Shown here piece by piece: positions 22,028 to 32,074 of a stretch of DNA of 64,000 nt. The stretch lies in contig OZ245015.1 of the NCBI GenBank assembly GCA_965223705.1, positions 2,272,001 to 2,336,000 on the forward strand, given 5' to 3'. Position 1 is the first letter of the stretch; the number at the start of each line of letters is the position of its first letter. The notes beneath the pieces are model-generated. The model was not told the origin of the DNA, searched no databases, and saw only the letters and a program-made list of their open reading frames with translations. This stretch comes from Myxococcota bacterium (GTDB lineage Bacteria > Myxococcota_A > UBA9160 > UBA6930). The position numbers and the translations under genes are program-made.

Positions 22028-22071
22028 AGGCGTCACCTTTCTGCCGGGGCCCGTATTGTACGCGACACGGG

Positions 22072-22986
22072 CTAGCGCCAGTCGTCGATGACGAAATCCT
22101 CATCGCCCGCCCAAAGCGGGGGGCCGGGCCGGTGCATGGCGACACCGCTAATGACGGGCTGATAGCCCCGTCTTAGGAGCATCTCGTAGGCCCGGCGACG
22201 CCCCACGTTCATGCCCGCTACCAACAACTTCGACCCCCGGCGGCGCGCGAGGGCTTCGCAGCTGTCCAGCAGGTCGGCGAAGTCGGCGGAAGCCGTCGCC
22301 CCTCGGCGAACCGCGCCGAACTTCACGTAGCACGTGTCCGAACCAGCCTCGCTGTTCGCTCCTTCGTGGCACACCGCGAAGCCGTTGCGAGAGTCCGTGA
22401 GCACGCCATAACCCAATTCGAGGCGCGCGGCCGCATCGAGTTCGTGGCTTAGGTCGAGTCCCGGCGACACCTCCTCGGCGATCGATCGGCAGCACGCGGT
22501 GTCACAGTCGATCGGACCTCGATTCCCGTCGATCGTTCCGCGAGGGTCGAGTGGTTTCTGGAAGATGACGTTCAACATTCCGGGTCGAAAGTCGAAACTC
22601 TGATAGAACGAGATGTGCTTCACGCTGTGAGGGAACGTGAACAAGCCGCTCCCGGCGAGCTCCCACGAATCGAGCAGAGCGATGACGGGCTCCATCAAGG
22701 GCCTCGCAAAGCCCCGGCCCCAGTATTTCGGGTGGACGCTCAGTGGCCCGAAAAAGGCGAACCGCCCCCAGCGCGTCGCCAGGTTGCTCCCGACGAGCTC
22801 TCCTTCCATAAATGCGCCAAAGGCCTGTTCGGGCTGGCTTCGCCACCGCGACGCGACAAACGAGCTGTCACCGCCGAAAGATTCCGGTTCGGGTAGGCCG
22901 ACGAAGGTTCCAAACGCGAGACGCATCACGCGTTCGGCTTCCCGTAGGTCGTCGGGTTCTAGAGGTCGGATATCCAGTTCTGCCAT
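22072..22986 (-). CDS. GNAT family N-acetyltransferase
   Basis: GPLSVHPKYWGRGFA acetyl-CoA motif; C-terminal DDWR. Confidence 0.8.
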   Translation of the reverse strand: MAELDIRPLEPDDLREAERVMRLAFGTFVGLPEPESFGGDSSFVASRWRSQPEQAFGAFMEGELVGSNLATRWGRFAFFGPLSVHPKYWGRGFARPLMEPVIALLDSWELAGSGLFTFPHSVKHISFYQSFDFRPGMLNVIFQKPLDPRGTIDGNRGPIDCDTACCRSIAEEVSPGLDLSHELDAAARLELGYGVLTDSRNGFAVCHEGANSEAGSDTCYVKFGAVRRGATASADFADLLDSCEALARRRGSKLLVAGMNVGRRRAYEMLLRRGYQPVISGVAMHRPGPPLWAGDEDFVIDDWR

Positions 22987-23053
22987 CGGTAAAAGCGTAG
23001 CGCCGACTGGCGAGGAGTTTTCAACCCGTGCCGATTGGGTGTATGTGATGGGT

Positions 23054-25135
23054 ATGAAAACCGCTCTCCTACGCCTCCTCGGTCTCGTGATGCTCGTGAG
23101 CACGGCTTCCCACGCCTTCGACGCAGCGGATCTCGACGACGAAGAGAACGGCGAGAACTGGCTGGCCCACGGCCGCACCCATAGCGAGCAGCGCTATTCG
23201 CCGCTCGCGGAGATCAACGCGGAGAACATCGGGCAGCTCGGGCTCGCGTGGTCGCTCGACTTGCCCGACGCCCGGCAACTGGTGGGTACGCCGCTCGCGG
23301 TCGACGGAATTCTCTACGTCACGTCGAGTTTCAGCGTCGTCACCGCGATCGATGCGCGCGAGAAGAAGGTCCTCTGGACGTACGACCCGAAGGTTCCCGA
23401 GCACGCCGGCGAAACACTTCGGGTTCTCTGGGGCACGAGTCGCGGCGTCGCTTATTGGAACAACAAGATCTACGTGGCCGCCGGAGATGGACGGCTCATC
23501 GCCGTCGACGCAAAGACCGGCGAAGAGATCTGGACCGCACAGACGACAGAGCCCGGCAGCCACTATTTCGTCACCGGTGCGCCGCGCGCGTTCCGAGGCA
23601 AAGTCATCATCGGGAACGGGGGAACCGAGAACGGCCCGTCCAGAGGGTACGTGACGGCCTACGACGCGGAAACCGGCGTGCAAGCCTGGCGTTTTTGGCT
23701 GGTGCCGGGAAATCCCGCGGACGGTTTCGAGGATGAGGCGATGCGGATGGCCGCAAAGACGTGGACCGGCGAGTGGTGGAAGCACGGCGGTGGGGGCAAC
23801 GCATGGAACGCGATTACGTACGACCCCGACTTCAACCACATCTACATCGGGACCGGGAACGGATCGCCGTGGAACCAGAAGATTCGAAGCCCGGGCGGAG
23901 GCGACAACCTTTTTCTGTGTTCCATTGTCGCCGTCGATGCGGACACCGGAAAGTACAAGTGGCACTACCAGACGGTTCCGGGCGAAACCTGGGACTTCAA
24001 TTCTGCGATGGACATCGTTTCCGTCGACTTGGAAGTGAACGGGTATCCCTTAAAGACGATCATGCACGCTCCGAAGAACGCGTTCTTCTACATCCTCAAT
24101 CGCGAGAACGGCAATTTGTTGAGCGCGAAGCCGTTCGCGAAAACGACCTGGGCCACGGAAATCGACGAGAAAAGCGGCCGGCCCGTCGAGGTGCCGGGGT
24201 CGCGATACGAAGACGGCGAGGTCACGATCTGGCCCGGGCCGGCCGGGGCCCACAACTGGCAACCCATGTCGTGGAACCCGAAGACGAAGTTGATGTACTT
24301 CCCGTTCCAAGATCTGCCGGGCTACTACAACGACCGAGGGATTCGCCCGGCCGAGTGGCGAGCCAAGCCACACGAGATGCACACCGGCGTCGCGTACGCC
24401 ACCGAGGACGCGCCGCCGGACAGCGGCACGAGCGGCGTGATGGCTTGGGATCCGCTGCTTCAAAGGGTTGCGTGGAAGCACGAGACGCCGGGCATCTTCA
24501 ACGGCGGCACCATGACAACCGGCGGCAACCTGATGTTCCACGGGCAGGCCGACGGTCGGTTCATCGCGTATCGCGCCACAGACGGCAAGAAAGTCTGGGA
24601 ATACGACGCGAAACACGGCATCGCGGCTGCCCCGATCTCCTACGAGGTCAACGGCCGACAACATGTCGCCGTGCCCGTGGGCTGGGGCGGTGGGCTGTCC
24701 ATGATGGGCGGCTCGCTCAGTGCGCAGCACGGTTGGGCCTATGGCGCCCATCCTCGTAGGCTCCTGGTTTTTGCGCTCGGCGGCGAGGCGTCGCTGCCTG
24801 AGACACCCGGGCCCGTCTTTGTGAAGCCTCTCGACGATCCGTCCTTCGAAATCGATCCCGCTTTGGCGGAGCGCGGCAAGGCTCTCTTTACCGAGAACTG
24901 CACGTGGTGCCACGGACCGGGGGCGGTCTCCGGCGGCGGCACGCCGGACCTCCGCGCATCGCCGATCCTGTTCGATCCGACCGCGCTCAATAGAATCGTG
25001 ACCGATGGCGAGCGGATCCGGCGCGGGATGCCCAAGATCGCAACGCTCGGCGCCGAAGATCTCGAGGCGATCCGGCACTTCGTCAGGCACCGTGCACGAG
25101 AAGACCTGAACGCCGCTTCAGCAACCACTCGCTGA
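23054..25135 (+). CDS. PQQ-dependent quinohemoprotein alcohol dehydrogenase (type II, C-terminal cytochrome c)
   Basis: Signal peptide; RYSPL..IN, RGYVTAYD, GTGNGSPW, HAPKN and GAHNW motifs; CTWCH heme motif. Confidence 0.9.
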   Translation: MKTALLRLLGLVMLVSTASHAFDAADLDDEENGENWLAHGRTHSEQRYSPLAEINAENIGQLGLAWSLDLPDARQLVGTPLAVDGILYVTSSFSVVTAIDAREKKVLWTYDPKVPEHAGETLRVLWGTSRGVAYWNNKIYVAAGDGRLIAVDAKTGEEIWTAQTTEPGSHYFVTGAPRAFRGKVIIGNGGTENGPSRGYVTAYDAETGVQAWRFWLVPGNPADGFEDEAMRMAAKTWTGEWWKHGGGGNAWNAITYDPDFNHIYIGTGNGSPWNQKIRSPGGGDNLFLCSIVAVDADTGKYKWHYQTVPGETWDFNSAMDIVSVDLEVNGYPLKTIMHAPKNAFFYILNRENGNLLSAKPFAKTTWATEIDEKSGRPVEVPGSRYEDGEVTIWPGPAGAHNWQPMSWNPKTKLMYFPFQDLPGYYNDRGIRPAEWRAKPHEMHTGVAYATEDAPPDSGTSGVMAWDPLLQRVAWKHETPGIFNGGTMTTGGNLMFHGQADGRFIAYRATDGKKVWEYDAKHGIAAAPISYEVNGRQHVAVPVGWGGGLSMMGGSLSAQHGWAYGAHPRRLLVFALGGEASLPETPGPVFVKPLDDPSFEIDPALAERGKALFTENCTWCHGPGAVSGGGTPDLRASPILFDPTALNRIVTDGERIRRGMPKIATLGAEDLEAIRHFVRHRAREDLNAASATTR

Positions 25136-25173
25136 CGGTTCTACACGACAATCGTTCCAGAATGGAGCCCCAC

Positions 25174-26619
25174 ATGACCACCAACCTCGCTGAACTCGAT
25201 CTCACCGCTCAGGCCGAACTCGTCCGGGACGGGGAAGTGGCACCGATCGAACTCATTGACGCGGCCATCGAGCGTCTCGAGAAAGTGAATCCCGAACTGA
25301 ACGCCGCCATTCACCTCCTCTACGAACGCGCGCGGAAGCGCGCGGCAGGTCCTTTGGCGGACGGTGCGTTTCGCGGTGTGCCTTTCGTCATGAAGGACCT
25401 CCTGGGCGGAAACGCCGGAGAGCCGCTCCACGGCGGCATGCGCGCACTCAAAGAGGCGAACTTTGTCGCGCCGGTCGACAGCTACCTGGCGGAGAAGTTT
25501 CGCGATGCGGGCCTCATCACCATTGCGAAAACGAACACGCCCGAGTGGGGGCTCGCGGGAACGACGGAACCGCAAGCGTACGGCGCTTCGAAGAATCCCT
25601 GGGATTCGACGCGATCTCCCGGGGGCTCGAGCGGCGGTAGTGCGGCCGCGGTCGCGGCCCGCGTTGTCGCTGCGGGGCACGGCGGCGACGGCGGCGGCTC
25701 GCTCCGTATTCCCGCGAGCGCTTGCGGAATCGTCGGGCTCAAGCCGACGCGCGGCCGTGTCTCGGGCGGCCCGCTCTACGGCGAGATCTGGCACGGCTTC
25801 GCCACCGAAGGTGCCATGACGCGGAGCGTGCGCGACATGGCGGGCCTGCTCGACGTCATGGCGGGACGGATGCCGGGCGATCCGTACTCTCCGGCGCCTC
25901 CGGACCGGCCCTACCGCACGGTGATGGACGAGGACCCAGGCAGTTTGAGGATCGGTTTTTTCGCATCCCCACCCTGGGGAACGGATCGCCTGCACACCGA
26001 TTGCCGCGCTGCGGCCGACGCGGCGGCAAAGGTTCTGGGCTCACTTGGTCATCGTGTAGAAGATCGGTACCCCGGCGCCTACGACGATCCCGACTTCATG
26101 AGTCAGTTCGGTCGGATTATCGTCGCTCAGGCGACACGGAGTCTGGACTCGATCGCCGCGATGATGGGGCGCGAGCTCGGCCCCGAGGCGGTCGAAGCGT
26201 ACACGTGGTGGTTTATCGAACAGGGGCGTCGCGTCTCGGCGGCGGAATACTTGGCGTCGGTCGATTGGATCCAGAGCTTCAGCCGTCGGATGGCGGCATT
26301 CTGGGCTGAGGGATTCGACCTGCTCTTGACGCCCACCCTCGCGGAGCCGCCGCCCAAGCTCGGCGAGATGACGAATCCCAGTCAGGATCCAGCGGTGGTG
26401 TGGGCGCGCAATCTCGAGGTCATTCCTTTTACGCCAGCGCAAAACGCGACCGGCCAACCGGCGATCAGCTTGCCCCTCTACTGGAGCGACAACGGACTCC
26501 CCATCGGCGTTCAACTCGTCGCCGATTTCGGGCGTGAGGATCTGTTGCTTCAGGTCGCGGCCCAGCTCGAGGCCGCACAGCCTTGGGCGGGGCGTGTCCC
26601 GCCGATCGCTGCAGCCTAA
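25174..26619 (+). CDS. amidase (amidase signature family)
   Basis: GVPFVMKDL, PGGSSGGSAAAVA, DGGGSLRIPAS and GLPIGVQ motifs. Confidence 0.93.
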   Translation: MTTNLAELDLTAQAELVRDGEVAPIELIDAAIERLEKVNPELNAAIHLLYERARKRAAGPLADGAFRGVPFVMKDLLGGNAGEPLHGGMRALKEANFVAPVDSYLAEKFRDAGLITIAKTNTPEWGLAGTTEPQAYGASKNPWDSTRSPGGSSGGSAAAVAARVVAAGHGGDGGGSLRIPASACGIVGLKPTRGRVSGGPLYGEIWHGFATEGAMTRSVRDMAGLLDVMAGRMPGDPYSPAPPDRPYRTVMDEDPGSLRIGFFASPPWGTDRLHTDCRAAADAAAKVLGSLGHRVEDRYPGAYDDPDFMSQFGRIIVAQATRSLDSIAAMMGRELGPEAVEAYTWWFIEQGRRVSAAEYLASVDWIQSFSRRMAAFWAEGFDLLLTPTLAEPPPKLGEMTNPSQDPAVVWARNLEVIPFTPAQNATGQPAISLPLYWSDNGLPIGVQLVADFGREDLLLQVAAQLEAAQPWAGRVPPIAAA

Positions 26620-26676
26620 GCCGGGCGCGTCTCATTGTGAGATGATGGCGGGGGAATACAACTCAGGAGGCCTCCC

Positions 26677-27276
26677 ATGACGATCCATTCGTGCTTCTCC
26701 CCACGCTACGCCTTGATGGGGCTTGCGGCGCTCTTCGCGTTCGGCGTCGGCGCCCAACCCGCCGAGGCGAACCACTCACTCCGGACCCGACAGCAGTTGG
26801 TGGACCTCATGCTCTGCTACGCACGCGGTACCGATGCCATCGGCGATTCGACGCGTGCAGATCCCGCCGGTGACGGCGCCGACATCTACTCCGAGTGCTT
26901 TACCGACGACGCCGTCTTTCGCGCCTGGTTCCCGGGAACCGACTTCAGTGACGAATCCCAGGCGGTGACCGTCGGGCCTGGCGATGGGCAGACGGGGCCC
27001 GAGGCCTGGGCTGGCTTCGTGTTCAGCGTCTTCGACGGGACGTACACGTTTACCCAGCATTCTCTCAGTAACTTCGATGTCAAGGTGAAGGGTCGTCACG
27101 CGATGCTCGAGGCCTACCTCAACGCGGCGCATGTCGCGCAGGACGGCGAAGCTGTGACTCAGGTCGACGTCGCTCATGGGACATATCGATTGAAGATCAA
27201 GAAGATCAGGGGGCGCTGGCGCGTGAAGCAGCTCGAGCTCCGACTGATCAACTTCACGCCGTTCTTCCAGAACTGA
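26677..27276 (+). CDS. secreted SnoaL-like / NTF2-fold protein
   Basis: Signal peptide; YARGTD, CFTDDA, TQH.LSN and GRWRV pattern; CAGGAGG RBS. Confidence 0.7.
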   Translation: MTIHSCFSPRYALMGLAALFAFGVGAQPAEANHSLRTRQQLVDLMLCYARGTDAIGDSTRADPAGDGADIYSECFTDDAVFRAWFPGTDFSDESQAVTVGPGDGQTGPEAWAGFVFSVFDGTYTFTQHSLSNFDVKVKGRHAMLEAYLNAAHVAQDGEAVTQVDVAHGTYRLKIKKIRGRWRVKQLELRLINFTPFFQN

Positions 27277-27291
27277 ACGGGGGAAACCCTC

Positions 27292-27323
27292 GCGTGCCAC
27301 CTCCCTTCGCGGAGGTGGCACGC
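27292..27323 (+). terminator. 13-bp stem-loop after the SnoaL-like gene
   Basis: GCGTGCCACCTCC-CTTCGC-GGAGGTGGCACGC. Confidence 0.5.
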
Positions 27324-27347
27324 TGGGGCGCACGATCGGAGAGTGCT

Positions 27348-27671
27348 GTGCAGGATTCGGGGATTCGCGTCGCGTGGTCGACCATCTCGGGTCGCGAAGC
27401 GGCCGACGCATTGGCGCGCGCTCTCGTGGAAGAGCGCGTCGCCGCGTGCGTCAACATCGTCCCGAATGTGACTTCCGTCTACCGTTGGCAGGGCCAGATC
27501 GAGACGAGCGAAGAGTTCTTGCTCCTCGTCAAGACGCGCGCTGATCGCGTCGAAAAGCTTCGCGAGCGGTTGCTCGATCTCCACCCCTACGACGTGCCTG
27601 AATTCGTCGTGTTCGACGTCGCGGAAGGCTCGGCGGGCTACCTGCGCTGGGTGGCGAGCGAAGTCCGCTAG
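27348..27671 (+). CDS. cutA: divalent-cation tolerance protein CutA
   Basis: AACVNIVP.VTSVYRWQG, E.LLLVKT, HPYDVPE and YLRW motifs. Confidence 0.92.
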   Translation: MQDSGIRVAWSTISGREAADALARALVEERVAACVNIVPNVTSVYRWQGQIETSEEFLLLVKTRADRVEKLRERLLDLHPYDVPEFVVFDVAEGSAGYLRWVASEVR

Positions 27672-27680
27672 CGCACCCGC

Positions 27681-28622
27681 TCATCCAAAGTGGACGGCCG
27701 AGATATGCGCGTCCATCACGACGTCGCGGTAGGGCGACGACCCGACGTCATCACCCGCAGCGCCGGCGCAGACGTGGAGGGGGATCAGATGCTCCTCGCG
27801 CGGGTGGCACGCGCGAGCCGCCGGCGCCCTCTCCCATGCAGCGAGTCTCGCGTCGCGCGCGCTGGGTTCGAGACCAGCGGTTTCCGCGAGCCAATCGTCA
27901 AAGGCTTTCGATTCCGCGCGTGGCGACGGGCTGCCGCGCACACCAGCCATGAGCCCGTCCATGTTGTGGTAGCTCATGCCGCTTCCGACGATGAAAAGCC
28001 CCTGCTCCCGCAATGGCTCGAGAGCACGACCGATCTCCAAGTGCTCGGACGGATCGAGTCCCGCTTTGAGCGAGAGCTGCAACGTCGGGACGTCGGCCTC
28101 GGGGAACATGAGCTTCAGCGGAACGAACGTCCCGTGGTCGAAGCCTCGAGACGGATCTTCACCGCTCGCAATGCCGGCCCGCTCGAGAAGGCCCCGAATC
28201 TCGCTTGCAATCTCGGGAGCGCCCGGAGCCGGCCAGGTCACCTCGTAGGCCTCCGGCGGGAAGTTGTAGTAGTCGTAGAGAAGAGGCGGGCGCTGCGCGG
28301 TCAGTACCGTCGGTATTTCCTCTTCCCAGTGAGCTGAAATGACCAGCACGGCTCGAGGTTTACGCTGTGGAACCGAAGGCAGCTCTTTCATATAACGCGC
28401 CATCCGGTCCCACATCCCCGCCGGGCCCAGGAGAGGCTCGTTGACGAAGGGCCACGGTCCCCCTCCATGGGGCAAAAAGACCACCGGCATTCGTTCTTTG
28501 GGGCTCACCGTTTCTCCCTGTGAAGCGGCGGCGTAACCCGGTGAACGAGCGCCGCTCACCGCTCCCGCCGCGAGGAGGCCGGCTCCTTGGAGGGCCTGCC
28601 GGCGCGTCAGTGTAGGACGCAT
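27681..28622 (-). CDS. class III extradiol ring-cleavage dioxygenase (LigB/DODA/YgiD-like) with twin-arginine leader
   Basis: PHGGGP, ISAHW, RGFDHG, GSGMSYHN and HPREEH motifs; N-terminus TRRQALQGAGLLAAGA. Confidence 0.88.
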   Translation of the reverse strand: MRPTLTRRQALQGAGLLAAGAVSGARSPGYAAASQGETVSPKERMPVVFLPHGGGPWPFVNEPLLGPAGMWDRMARYMKELPSVPQRKPRAVLVISAHWEEEIPTVLTAQRPPLLYDYYNFPPEAYEVTWPAPGAPEIASEIRGLLERAGIASGEDPSRGFDHGTFVPLKLMFPEADVPTLQLSLKAGLDPSEHLEIGRALEPLREQGLFIVGSGMSYHNMDGLMAGVRGSPSPRAESKAFDDWLAETAGLEPSARDARLAAWERAPAARACHPREEHLIPLHVCAGAAGDDVGSSPYRDVVMDAHISAVHFG

Positions 28623-28630
28623 CGCCTCGC

Positions 28631-29284
28631 TCAGTCCCGCCCGAGCGCCGCGAGATACTCCGCGATATTGCCCTCGTTCAAGTCGGTGTGGAAGGGATCG
28701 AGGTGTGGGTCCGATTGCCAGACGTACTCGGTCATGCGCGCTACGCCTTCAGCCCGTTCGCGCCCGTAGAGCTTGGAAATGACCCCGAGCGCCATGTCCG
28801 TGCCAGCGGAGACGCCCGACGATGTGACGAACGGGCCGTCCTCGACCCAGCGCGCTTCCTCCACCCAGTCGACACGATCGCTTTGGCTCGAAGCGAGATT
28901 GAAGAACAGCTTGTTGGAGGTGGCCTTCCGCCCGTCGAGGACGCCCGCTTTCGCGAGAAGCGCCGATCCGGAGCAAACCGACATCGTGACCTCCGCCCGC
29001 GCCGAGCGCGCCCGCAAGAACCCGAGCAGTGCCTCGTTCTCGAGCTCGGGCATCGTTCCGATGCCCCCTGGCAGGAGGATCAGGTCGAGGTCGGGACAGT
29101 CGGAAAAGCTGTGCTCGGCGAGCGTGGCCGGGCCTTGGGTCGAGCGGACGGGGCCGGCGCGCTCCGCCACGGTGACGATCCGGAGATCTTTCCCGAGGCT
29201 CCCGAACATCTCGAGTGGGCCGTAGTAGTCGAGAAGCTCGAAGTCGTTGTAAAGAATGGCACCGAGGGTTCTTGTGTCGGGCAT
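28631..29284 (-). CDS. DJ-1/PfpI family protein
   Basis: FELLD..GP, PGGIG, SVCSG, RWVEDG and SSGVSAGTD motifs. Confidence 0.9.
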   Translation of the reverse strand: MPDTRTLGAILYNDFELLDYYGPLEMFGSLGKDLRIVTVAERAGPVRSTQGPATLAEHSFSDCPDLDLILLPGGIGTMPELENEALLGFLRARSARAEVTMSVCSGSALLAKAGVLDGRKATSNKLFFNLASSQSDRVDWVEEARWVEDGPFVTSSGVSAGTDMALGVISKLYGRERAEGVARMTEYVWQSDPHLDPFHTDLNEGNIAEYLAALGRD

Positions 29285-29295
29285 GGGGCCTCCAG

Positions 29296-30897
29296 CTATC
29301 CACCCCGCAGCTCGAGACGCACGATCTTCGGGACCGCGTCGGGCATCGAGGAGTACGTGGTCCAGATGTCGCCAGACTCGGGGTGGATTGCGATGTGACG
29401 AGGATAGCCGGGCTCGGTTGGGAACGGGTAGACGTCGCGACGCTTCGTTTCGGGGTCGAAGCGGATGAGCGCACTTCCGAGAGCCGAGGCCACCCACACG
29501 TGGCCCGTGCGCGGATCCACCTCGACGTCGTACGGCCCGAGGGTGGATTCGCCGAGGGCATACCGCTCGAAGGCGTTCGTCTCTGGATCGAAGCGCGCCA
29601 ATCCGCCCGTGTTGAACTCGGGGATCCAGATCGCGCCGTCGGGGCCAACGCCGGGACGCCGGGGGCCAGCGTTTTCGACCGGCATGGCGTAGAGGTGCGA
29701 GTCTTGGCTCTCGGGGTCGAATCGAAACAGCTGGTTGGCCGCCAACATCGTTCCCCACACGATGTCGCGCGCATCCACTTGGAGCCCGTAGAGGAGCGGT
29801 AGCCCTTCCCCGTCCTCCATCACGTCGCCGGGAATGTCGGTGACGGTCACCTCGCCGTTGCTCGGGTCCATCATGCCGATTCGTTTCGCCGCGGAGAGGT
29901 AGTCGTTGAACCAGAGACGACCCTTCGAATCGATTTCGATGCTGTGGGGGTACATCCCGACGGGGAACGTCTTCACCGCCCCATCGCTCACGTTGAGACG
30001 GACCAACGATTCTGTGCCGCCGAGCAACGTCCACAGTTCCCCATCGGGTCCGAAGGTGAGCGCACGGACTTGACCCATCACTTCGGGTTTCTCGTTCACA
30101 GGGAAGGTCTGCATCCGTCCACTCAATGGATCGAGGGCCCATACGGCGTTGTTGTAGAACGCCGTGATGTAGATGCGGCCGTCCGGGCCGACGACGAGAT
30201 CGTGCGGGAGAGACGGCGACTGCGGAACCGGATATTCAGTGAAGCGGGCCCTCCGTGCAGCGCCGGTCGCCGCGGGGCCGCGTGCCAACGTTTCGATCGC
30301 CGGTGGGGTCAAGTGCTGCGCGAGCCACTCGGCGTACGCGGCATCCTGAAAATCGGGAGGTGTGAGCCCGTACACGTCGATCGAACGCATCAGGGCGATC
30401 GCGGCGAGCCAGTCCGCTGCGGTCCGCGGGCGTCCCTCTCGCATGATCCGTCCATGGGCGATCTCGTGGCAACTCGCGCAATTGAGGATGAACTCCCGTT
30501 TCATCGGGCCTTCGGGGAGAAGGTCAAGCCACGCCGCGCTGGGTAGCCGTGCGCGGAAAGAGAGGTCGTCTTCCATGGCAAACGACAACGTGAGACGTGT
30601 GTCGACCCCGAGATCGCGGTTCGCCTCGGAAACGCGTTTCCCCGGCGCTTGCGCCCGTATCGCGTAGGCGGCAGGCCCGAGATCGTCGAGGTCGTAGCGT
30701 CCCTGTTCATCGGTGAACACGCTCGTCTCGATGCCCGTCGCGGCAGAGCGGGCCGTGACCGTCGCGCCGGCGATCGGAGCACCACCGGCGGTCACGCGTC
30801 CTTCAAGACCCGCCGCGTTTCCGGCCAGGGGAGCGCCGAGCGCGAGCGCCCAGAGGCACGGAAGGAGCGGTGAAAAAACCGAGCGGTGCAGTGCCAT
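29296..30897 (-). CDS. secreted protein: carboxypeptidase-regulatory-like domain + c-type heme motif + Vgb (streptogramin lyase)-like beta-propeller
   Basis: Signal peptide; GATVTA..TDEQGRY; CASCH; repeated GPDGxxW propeller blades. Confidence 0.75.
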   Translation of the reverse strand: MALHRSVFSPLLPCLWALALGAPLAGNAAGLEGRVTAGGAPIAGATVTARSAATGIETSVFTDEQGRYDLDDLGPAAYAIRAQAPGKRVSEANRDLGVDTRLTLSFAMEDDLSFRARLPSAAWLDLLPEGPMKREFILNCASCHEIAHGRIMREGRPRTAADWLAAIALMRSIDVYGLTPPDFQDAAYAEWLAQHLTPPAIETLARGPAATGAARRARFTEYPVPQSPSLPHDLVVGPDGRIYITAFYNNAVWALDPLSGRMQTFPVNEKPEVMGQVRALTFGPDGELWTLLGGTESLVRLNVSDGAVKTFPVGMYPHSIEIDSKGRLWFNDYLSAAKRIGMMDPSNGEVTVTDIPGDVMEDGEGLPLLYGLQVDARDIVWGTMLAANQLFRFDPESQDSHLYAMPVENAGPRRPGVGPDGAIWIPEFNTGGLARFDPETNAFERYALGESTLGPYDVEVDPRTGHVWVASALGSALIRFDPETKRRDVYPFPTEPGYPRHIAIHPESGDIWTTYSSMPDAVPKIVRLELRGG

Positions 30898-30905
30898 TCC
30901 GTGAC

Positions 30906-31937
30906 CTAACGGAGATTCGGGAGGACTTCTTCCGCGAAGAGTGTCATCGACCGCCGACTCTTCGCCGGGTCGAGCCCGGGGAAGTGCATGCCGATCACCA
31001 GGTGGGTCATCCGCATCGACTTTGAGAAGCGCTCGAGTCCCGCGGCGACTTCGTCGGGGGTGCCGATGAGCGGTACGCCTGGGACGCTCTGATCGAGGGA
31101 TTCCCGCAGTTTGTCCGGCGCGGGAAGCGCCGCATCGGTGTCGGATTGGATCTTGTCGATCGAGTCGGAAGCTTCCGCCGCCCACTTCTGATACCAGAAG
31201 AGCAAGTGGTGGAGGTGTTCCTGGCAGTCTTCCCACGCCTGGTCGGTCGTCGGCGCGCAGTAGGCCCATTGAAGCTGTGTCGCGAAGAAATCCGCCGGGT
31301 CTTTTCCGAGGTCGGCCAGCATCTCGTCGTAGAGCTTTTGTCCATTGGGCTCGCTCACCCCGAGGAAGTGACAGCCCAACCGGGCCGCGCGGCGAACGGC
31401 TCGAGTGCCTCGGGCCCCGATCCAGATCGGCGGCGGGTCCTGCACGGGTCTCGGTTGCATCGCGAGGTCTTGGAATTTGTAGTGCTCGCCTTCGTATGAG
31501 AAGGATTCGTGACTCCACATCCCCTGGATCACTTCGACGCCCTCTTCCAGCAAGCTGCCCCGCTTCTTGCGGTCCACTTCGAAGTTCTCGAACTCGCTGG
31601 GCACATAGCCTTGTCCGAGCCCCAAGTCGAAGCGCCCGTTCGAGAGGATGTCGACGGTTGCCGCATCTTCGGCGACGTGCCTCGCGTCATGCAACGGCAG
31701 GAGCACCAGATACGTTCCGATCCGGATGCTCGAGGTGCGCGCGGCGAGCGTGCCTGCGATCGGCATCAGCGACGGGGAGTAGCCGTCGGGGCTGAAATGG
31801 TGCTCCGTAAGCCAGATGTTGTCGTAGCCGAGCCCCTCTGACAGAACGGCTTGGTCGAGCTGTTCCTCATAGAACGCGGCCCAGGGTTTTCGCCACTGGG
31901 GCGGGTTCCGGAAGGACCAGAGAAGGCCAACTTTCAC
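30906..31937 (-). CDS. LLM-class flavin-dependent oxidoreductase
   Basis: GYDNIWLTEHHF, SNGRFDLGLGQGY and PPPIWIG motifs. Confidence 0.92.
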   Translation of the reverse strand: MKVGLLWSFRNPPQWRKPWAAFYEEQLDQAVLSEGLGYDNIWLTEHHFSPDGYSPSLMPIAGTLAARTSSIRIGTYLVLLPLHDARHVAEDAATVDILSNGRFDLGLGQGYVPSEFENFEVDRKKRGSLLEEGVEVIQGMWSHESFSYEGEHYKFQDLAMQPRPVQDPPPIWIGARGTRAVRRAARLGCHFLGVSEPNGQKLYDEMLADLGKDPADFFATQLQWAYCAPTTDQAWEDCQEHLHHLLFWYQKWAAEASDSIDKIQSDTDAALPAPDKLRESLDQSVPGVPLIGTPDEVAAGLERFSKSMRMTHLVIGMHFPGLDPAKSRRSMTLFAEEVLPNLR

Positions 31938-32074
31938 AAATCACCTCCGCTACGGGCCCACAACTGTAGTCCACCCAACGACACAATCTGTACCCCGCGC
32001 GGCCCTCGTTGAGTGCATGATGGACGCGCCGGGCTCGACCTGACGGGCTCCGCGCCTCCGGGAGGGTCTACGCG

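Noticed and set aside
29285..30142. Apparent long N-terminal fusion on the DJ-1 protein
   Set aside because: Alternate-frame read-through across the Vgb-like gene; DJ-1 begins at ATG 29284 with a GGAGG RBS
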